Origin: an uncultured archaeon
GTDB taxonomy: Archaea; Asgardarchaeota; Lokiarchaeia; Sigyniarchaeales; SOKP01
Assembly: GCA_964508365.1 (NCBI GenBank)
Contig: CAZDTP010000093.1
Location: forward strand, 1-10,528
Length of the DNA stretch: 10,528 nt
Direction of reading: 5' to 3'
Shown here: positions 7,547 through 10,528 of the stretch, one piece after another
Position numbering within the stretch: position 1 is the stretch's first letter
Layout of the letters: each line of letters starts with the position of its first letter
Translations under genes and position numbers: made by a program
The notes under the pieces: generated by a model
What the model saw: the letters and a program-made list of their open reading frames with translations, nothing else
Told to the model about the DNA's origin: nothing
Databases searched by the model: none

Positions 7547-8344
7547 TTACTCCAGAAATTTAAGCAATACTTTGATAAACTTATCAGGTTCCTCCGTGTG
7601 AATAAGATGAGCGTTTGAGTCGAAGTACACGATTTCTGCCTTTGGTATTTTCTCAGCTAAGATCTCGCCATTTCTATATGGAACAAGAATATCTTGCTTA
7701 CCATGTATTATTAAAGTAGGAATGTTTATTTCTTTTAATTTTCTACATGAGTTATATCTCATCCAAGCAGTCATTTGGGCTTTAAAGGTGGTAGGCTTAA
7801 TTGGAATTATCAGAATATCATCAATTTTTTTTTCCATAAATTCAGGATTTTCATCCATGAACTCTTTTGTAAATATATGGAGCATTGCCTCTTCGGTTAA
7901 ATCTCGTGTATGCTCTTTTATTGATAATTTACCTAATAACCTTTGTGTTTCAATTAAGGGCAATACTGCTTTAGACCCTCCACAACTTGTTGAACAAAGA
8001 ACGAGTTTTTTAATTCTCCCTGGAAATTTAAGAGCCAGCTCTTGTGCGATCATTCCTCCCATCGAATGACCAAGGATATGAGCTTGATTAATATTTAAAG
8101 CATCCATCAATCCTAATGCATCAGCACACATCATTTCGATCGAGACATCTCCATCCAGATTATCACTTCTTCCAACACCTCTATTATCAAAAATAACTGT
8201 CTTAAAGTATTTTGAAAGATCATTTATCATAGGGGAATCCCACCAATACACATTTTCAGATAAGCCCAGAATCATCAAGAGAGGAAAACCATCTCCATGG
8301 GTCTCGTAATAAAGATTCACACCATCGACCTTAACTTTTGGCAA
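7547..8344 (-). CDS. Alpha/beta hydrolase fold protein (Abhydrolase_1; enol-lactonase/RutD-like group)
   Basis: LYYETHGDGFPLLMILGL, FDNRGVGRSD, GHSMGG nucleophile, IHGKQDILVP (Asp), NAHL (His); TTG start. Confidence 0.92.
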   Translation of the reverse strand: MPKVKVDGVNLYYETHGDGFPLLMILGLSENVYWWDSPMINDLSKYFKTVIFDNRGVGRSDNLDGDVSIEMMCADALGLMDALNINQAHILGHSMGGMIAQELALKFPGRIKKLVLCSTSCGGSKAVLPLIETQRLLGKLSIKEHTRDLTEEAMLHIFTKEFMDENPEFMEKKIDDILIIPIKPTTFKAQMTAWMRYNSCRKLKEINIPTLIIHGKQDILVPYRNGEILAEKIPKAEIVYFDSNAHLIHTEEPDKFIKVLLKFLE

Positions 8345-8607
8345 ATTTACATCAACTCTAATTTATTTGTTTTTGGATTTAATATATTAACCTTTCTTGG
8401 TTATGAAAAATTAGTTCTGATATCTATATATACCATTTGGTTTAGTCTGTTCTCTATTTAACCTTTTTTGACTTATGGTGATTCGTTGCAGCTATATAAA
8501 ACTATTTTATATTTTTATTCCCTATAATTTTATATACTATTATGTAAGTTTTTATAAATAATTATTATTTTCAATACAAATTATTTGTTGAAAAAAAGTG
8601 AGGGAAA

Positions 8608-9258
8608 ATGCAATTTTTCTTAAAAAAATTTAATAAAAGATCCAAACACATTTTTATTTTGACCACTATAGCAATTCTTTAATCTTTAAGTAATCTTTTC
8701 TTACTGAATTTTAATAACGAATTTACTAAACAGTTATTCTCTAATGAGGATTCCAACTTCGTAGATGATGAATCCATAAAATCTGAATTCAACCATTTAT
8801 TTACTTCTAAGCTTGATCTTGCTCCAGCTTGGGGACCCATACCGGTAGGTGATTATCCATTTGACGATAATTGGATTGGTGATATAAATAATGATTCTTT
8901 AAACGATGTGGTAGTTCCCACACTTTTAGCGAATATTGCTAACGTCTATTACCAAGGATCTGATAATAGTTGGCCTTCTGCTCACAATCATACTTTGGAT
9001 ATAGGATTTAACGGATATAGTGTAGATTTTGGTGATTTAAATAATGACAGTTTAACTGATGTTATTACAAGAGCAAAGGGAAATATAAGAATTTATTTTC
9101 AATACGAAGATGGATCGGGAATATCATCGACCTATAATCGATCACTAAGTTATAATGGTGAAGGTTTTGTGAGAATTTTAGATTGTAATCAAGATGGTCT
9201 AAACGATTTTGTCGTAGATAGCTGGGAATATTGGTCATATTCTAACAATTTTTCATAG
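8608..9258 (+). pseudogene. Disrupted secreted FG-GAP/VCBS-repeat protein
   Basis: ATG 8608 (GTGAGGG upstream) gives MQFFLKKFNKRSKHIFILTTIAIL*SLSNLFLLNF, a signal/anchor peptide broken by TAA at 8680-8682. The same frame continues through three repeats (GDINNDSLNDVVV, GDLNNDSLTDVIT, LDCNQDGLNDFVV) and ends in TAG TAG at 9256-9261. Confidence 0.75.
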
Positions 9259-9443
9259 TAGTATAGCTATAGTTAATGAGATGGATTTCCTTTTAAGTTG
9301 AAATTTTAGGGATAATAATTCAATTGGAGTAATACTTTCAATTTGTCTTAAATTGTTTATAGTAGATATCGTTCTAAATTAGGACAAGAGTTAAATATTA
9401 GAATAATTAAAAGTATATTGTTATCAATTGTATTATATAGGAA

Positions 9444-9620
9444 ATGAGCTTCATGAGAGTTAAATTATGTTTTAAATGTAAACAATACATACCTATCCGT
9501 GAGAATAATTTTAATAATAGTAGAGACTTACTAATGTTTGATAAAGCTCACACGGGTCATCCCACTCAGATCGTGAACGAAGAAGAAGTCGCTAGTTATG
9601 AAAAATGGACAGAAAGTTAA
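9444..9620 (+). CDS. Small putative zinc-binding protein (C-x2-C-x23-H-x2-H), 58 aa
   Basis: Manual translation MSFMRVKLCFKCKQYIPIRENNFNNSRDLLMFDKAHTGHPTQIVNEEEVASYEKWTES*. Alternative ATG at 9453. Shorter than any ORF in the track. The ORF is more GC-rich than its flanks. Confidence 0.72.
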   Translation: MSFMRVKLCFKCKQYIPIRENNFNNSRDLLMFDKAHTGHPTQIVNEEEVASYEKWTES

Positions 9621-9815
9621 GTAAAATTGAGCTATTTTAAATGTGAAAGCGATATCATTTAAACTTTTTATAAAGTCATTTTGATAATCAGCTTGCATGT
9701 TGCTTTAAAAATCGATGGAACTTTAGAAATTTAAAAAAAAATTCACATTTTTTAATAGTGGTTAATTGGTATTATTTATGAATTGTCTTTTAAGTAGATC
9801 TTGAAAACTTTTTTC

Positions 9816-10232
9816 TTATTTTATGAATCTAACTTTATGGATTAATTCTTCTGTGGTTATTACTTCGATTTCCTTTTGGTCTCCTTTAAGCTTTTTGTCA
9901 TTCGACCATATCTTAGAATCTATTACTAGTGCGCAAGCTAGGTAAACCGTATCTTTTGGATCCGGAGAAAACTTCTCTGCTTCTTCTATAAATGGCCTAA
10001 TAATATTTTGAGGAATAATTTCTATCTTTTCCCTCAGTATGTTTAAATAGTGCTCAAAATCTTCCTTAGAACGGTTTGTCTTCTCAAGTATAAACTTCTC
10101 ATATTTTATAAATTCATCAAAAAGAAACTCTGGACCAAAAAAATTTAATTTATCACTAAGTAATAGCTCAGCAGTTAAACTATCTTTTATCAACGAAGCA
10201 AATAAGATATTGGCATCTATCACCAATTTCAA
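9816..10232 (-). CDS. vapC: PIN-domain ribonuclease toxin (VapC-like)
   Basis: MKLVIDANILFA (first acidic residue of the PIN site), LFDEF, DPKDTVYLACA, IWSNDKKL; 138 aa; TTG start 2 nt after the antitoxin stop. Confidence 0.9.
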   Translation of the reverse strand: MKLVIDANILFASLIKDSLTAELLLSDKLNFFGPEFLFDEFIKYEKFILEKTNRSKEDFEHYLNILREKIEIIPQNIIRPFIEEAEKFSPDPKDTVYLACALVIDSKIWSNDKKLKGDQKEIEVITTEELIHKVRFIK

Positions 10233-10234
10233 AA

Positions 10235-10459
10235 TTAATCCCTCTTATAACGTTTCACCAATAATTGATTTACTTCTTGTCCTAATTTCAAAGCGTCATC
10301 TATAGTAATGTCGCTGTTCATTCTAAAACCTTTCAGAAAACTCAACTGAGCTATTTTTTTCTTTATAGAATCTCTCGCAACTTCCGACCAATTTATCTCT
10401 GGAAATTTTTCCATTTCTTTTTTAAGCTCTTCTGGAATCGATAAAGTTATATTCGCCAT
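10235..10459 (-). CDS. vapB: Ribbon-helix-helix (CopG/MetJ-type) antitoxin, VapB-like
   Basis: MANITLSIPEELKKEMEKFPEINWSEVARDSIKKKI fits the RHH strand-helix-helix pattern; 74 aa, directly upstream of and closely coupled to the PIN gene. Confidence 0.82.
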   Translation of the reverse strand: MANITLSIPEELKKEMEKFPEINWSEVARDSIKKKIAQLSFLKGFRMNSDITIDDALKLGQEVNQLLVKRYKRD

Positions 10460-10464
10460 CTTTT

Positions 10465-10514
10465 ACACATATTTTCAATTTCTTATTATGTGAAAATATG
10501 TGAATACACATATT
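10465..10514. promoter_or_regulatory. Inverted/direct repeat array, probable autoregulatory operator of the TA operon
   Basis: CACATATTTTCA (10466-10477) and TGAAAATATGTG (10491-10502) form a perfect 12-bp inverted repeat. AATATGTG-aata-CACATATT (10495-10514) is a second palindrome. There are four CACATA half-sites in total. Confidence 0.62.
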
Positions 10515-10528
10515 AATATTTTTCTATC

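Noticed and set aside
4742-8069. Track ORFs 4742..4939, 6047..6379, 7309..7563, 7338..7526 and 7722..8069
   Set aside because: Antisense or alternative-frame shadows of stronger genes, with no motifs.
9639-9750. AAATGTGAA / TTCACATTT inverted pair resembling the TA operator half-site
   Set aside because: Short, AT-rich, about 95 bp apart and downstream of the operon; probably chance.
1-10528. CRISPR array, tRNA/rRNA, transposase or integrase
   Set aside because: No regularly spaced repeats, cloverleaf or GC-rich structured RNA segments, or DDE/tyrosine recombinase motifs were seen.

Overview
AT-rich (roughly 30% GC by eye) prokaryotic window with archaeal-style signals; best guess is an Asgard (Lokiarchaeia-like) archaeon, which is inference. 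In order it contains: a Gfo/Idh/MocA oxidoreductase (minus strand, runs off the left edge, missing from the ORF track); a membrane-anchored class I SAM methyltransferase; an HSL-family esterase; two tail-to-tail 5'-truncated gene remnants (FkbM methyltransferase and a probable Gfo/Idh/MocA C-terminus); a stand-alone 215-aa all-helical protein; a GapN-type non-phosphorylating GAPDH; a small membrane protein; an alpha/beta hydrolase; a broken secreted FG-GAP/VCBS repeat gene; an unannotated 58-aa CxxC..HxxH protein; and an RHH/PIN (VapBC-type) toxin-antitoxin pair with a palindromic operator. The standout is the 215-aa protein (4416..5063). By eye it aligns almost without gaps to the BAR domain of eukaryotic FAM92/CIBAR ciliary membrane-shaping proteins. 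That comparison uses a human sequence recalled from memory and needs an HMM or structure check.
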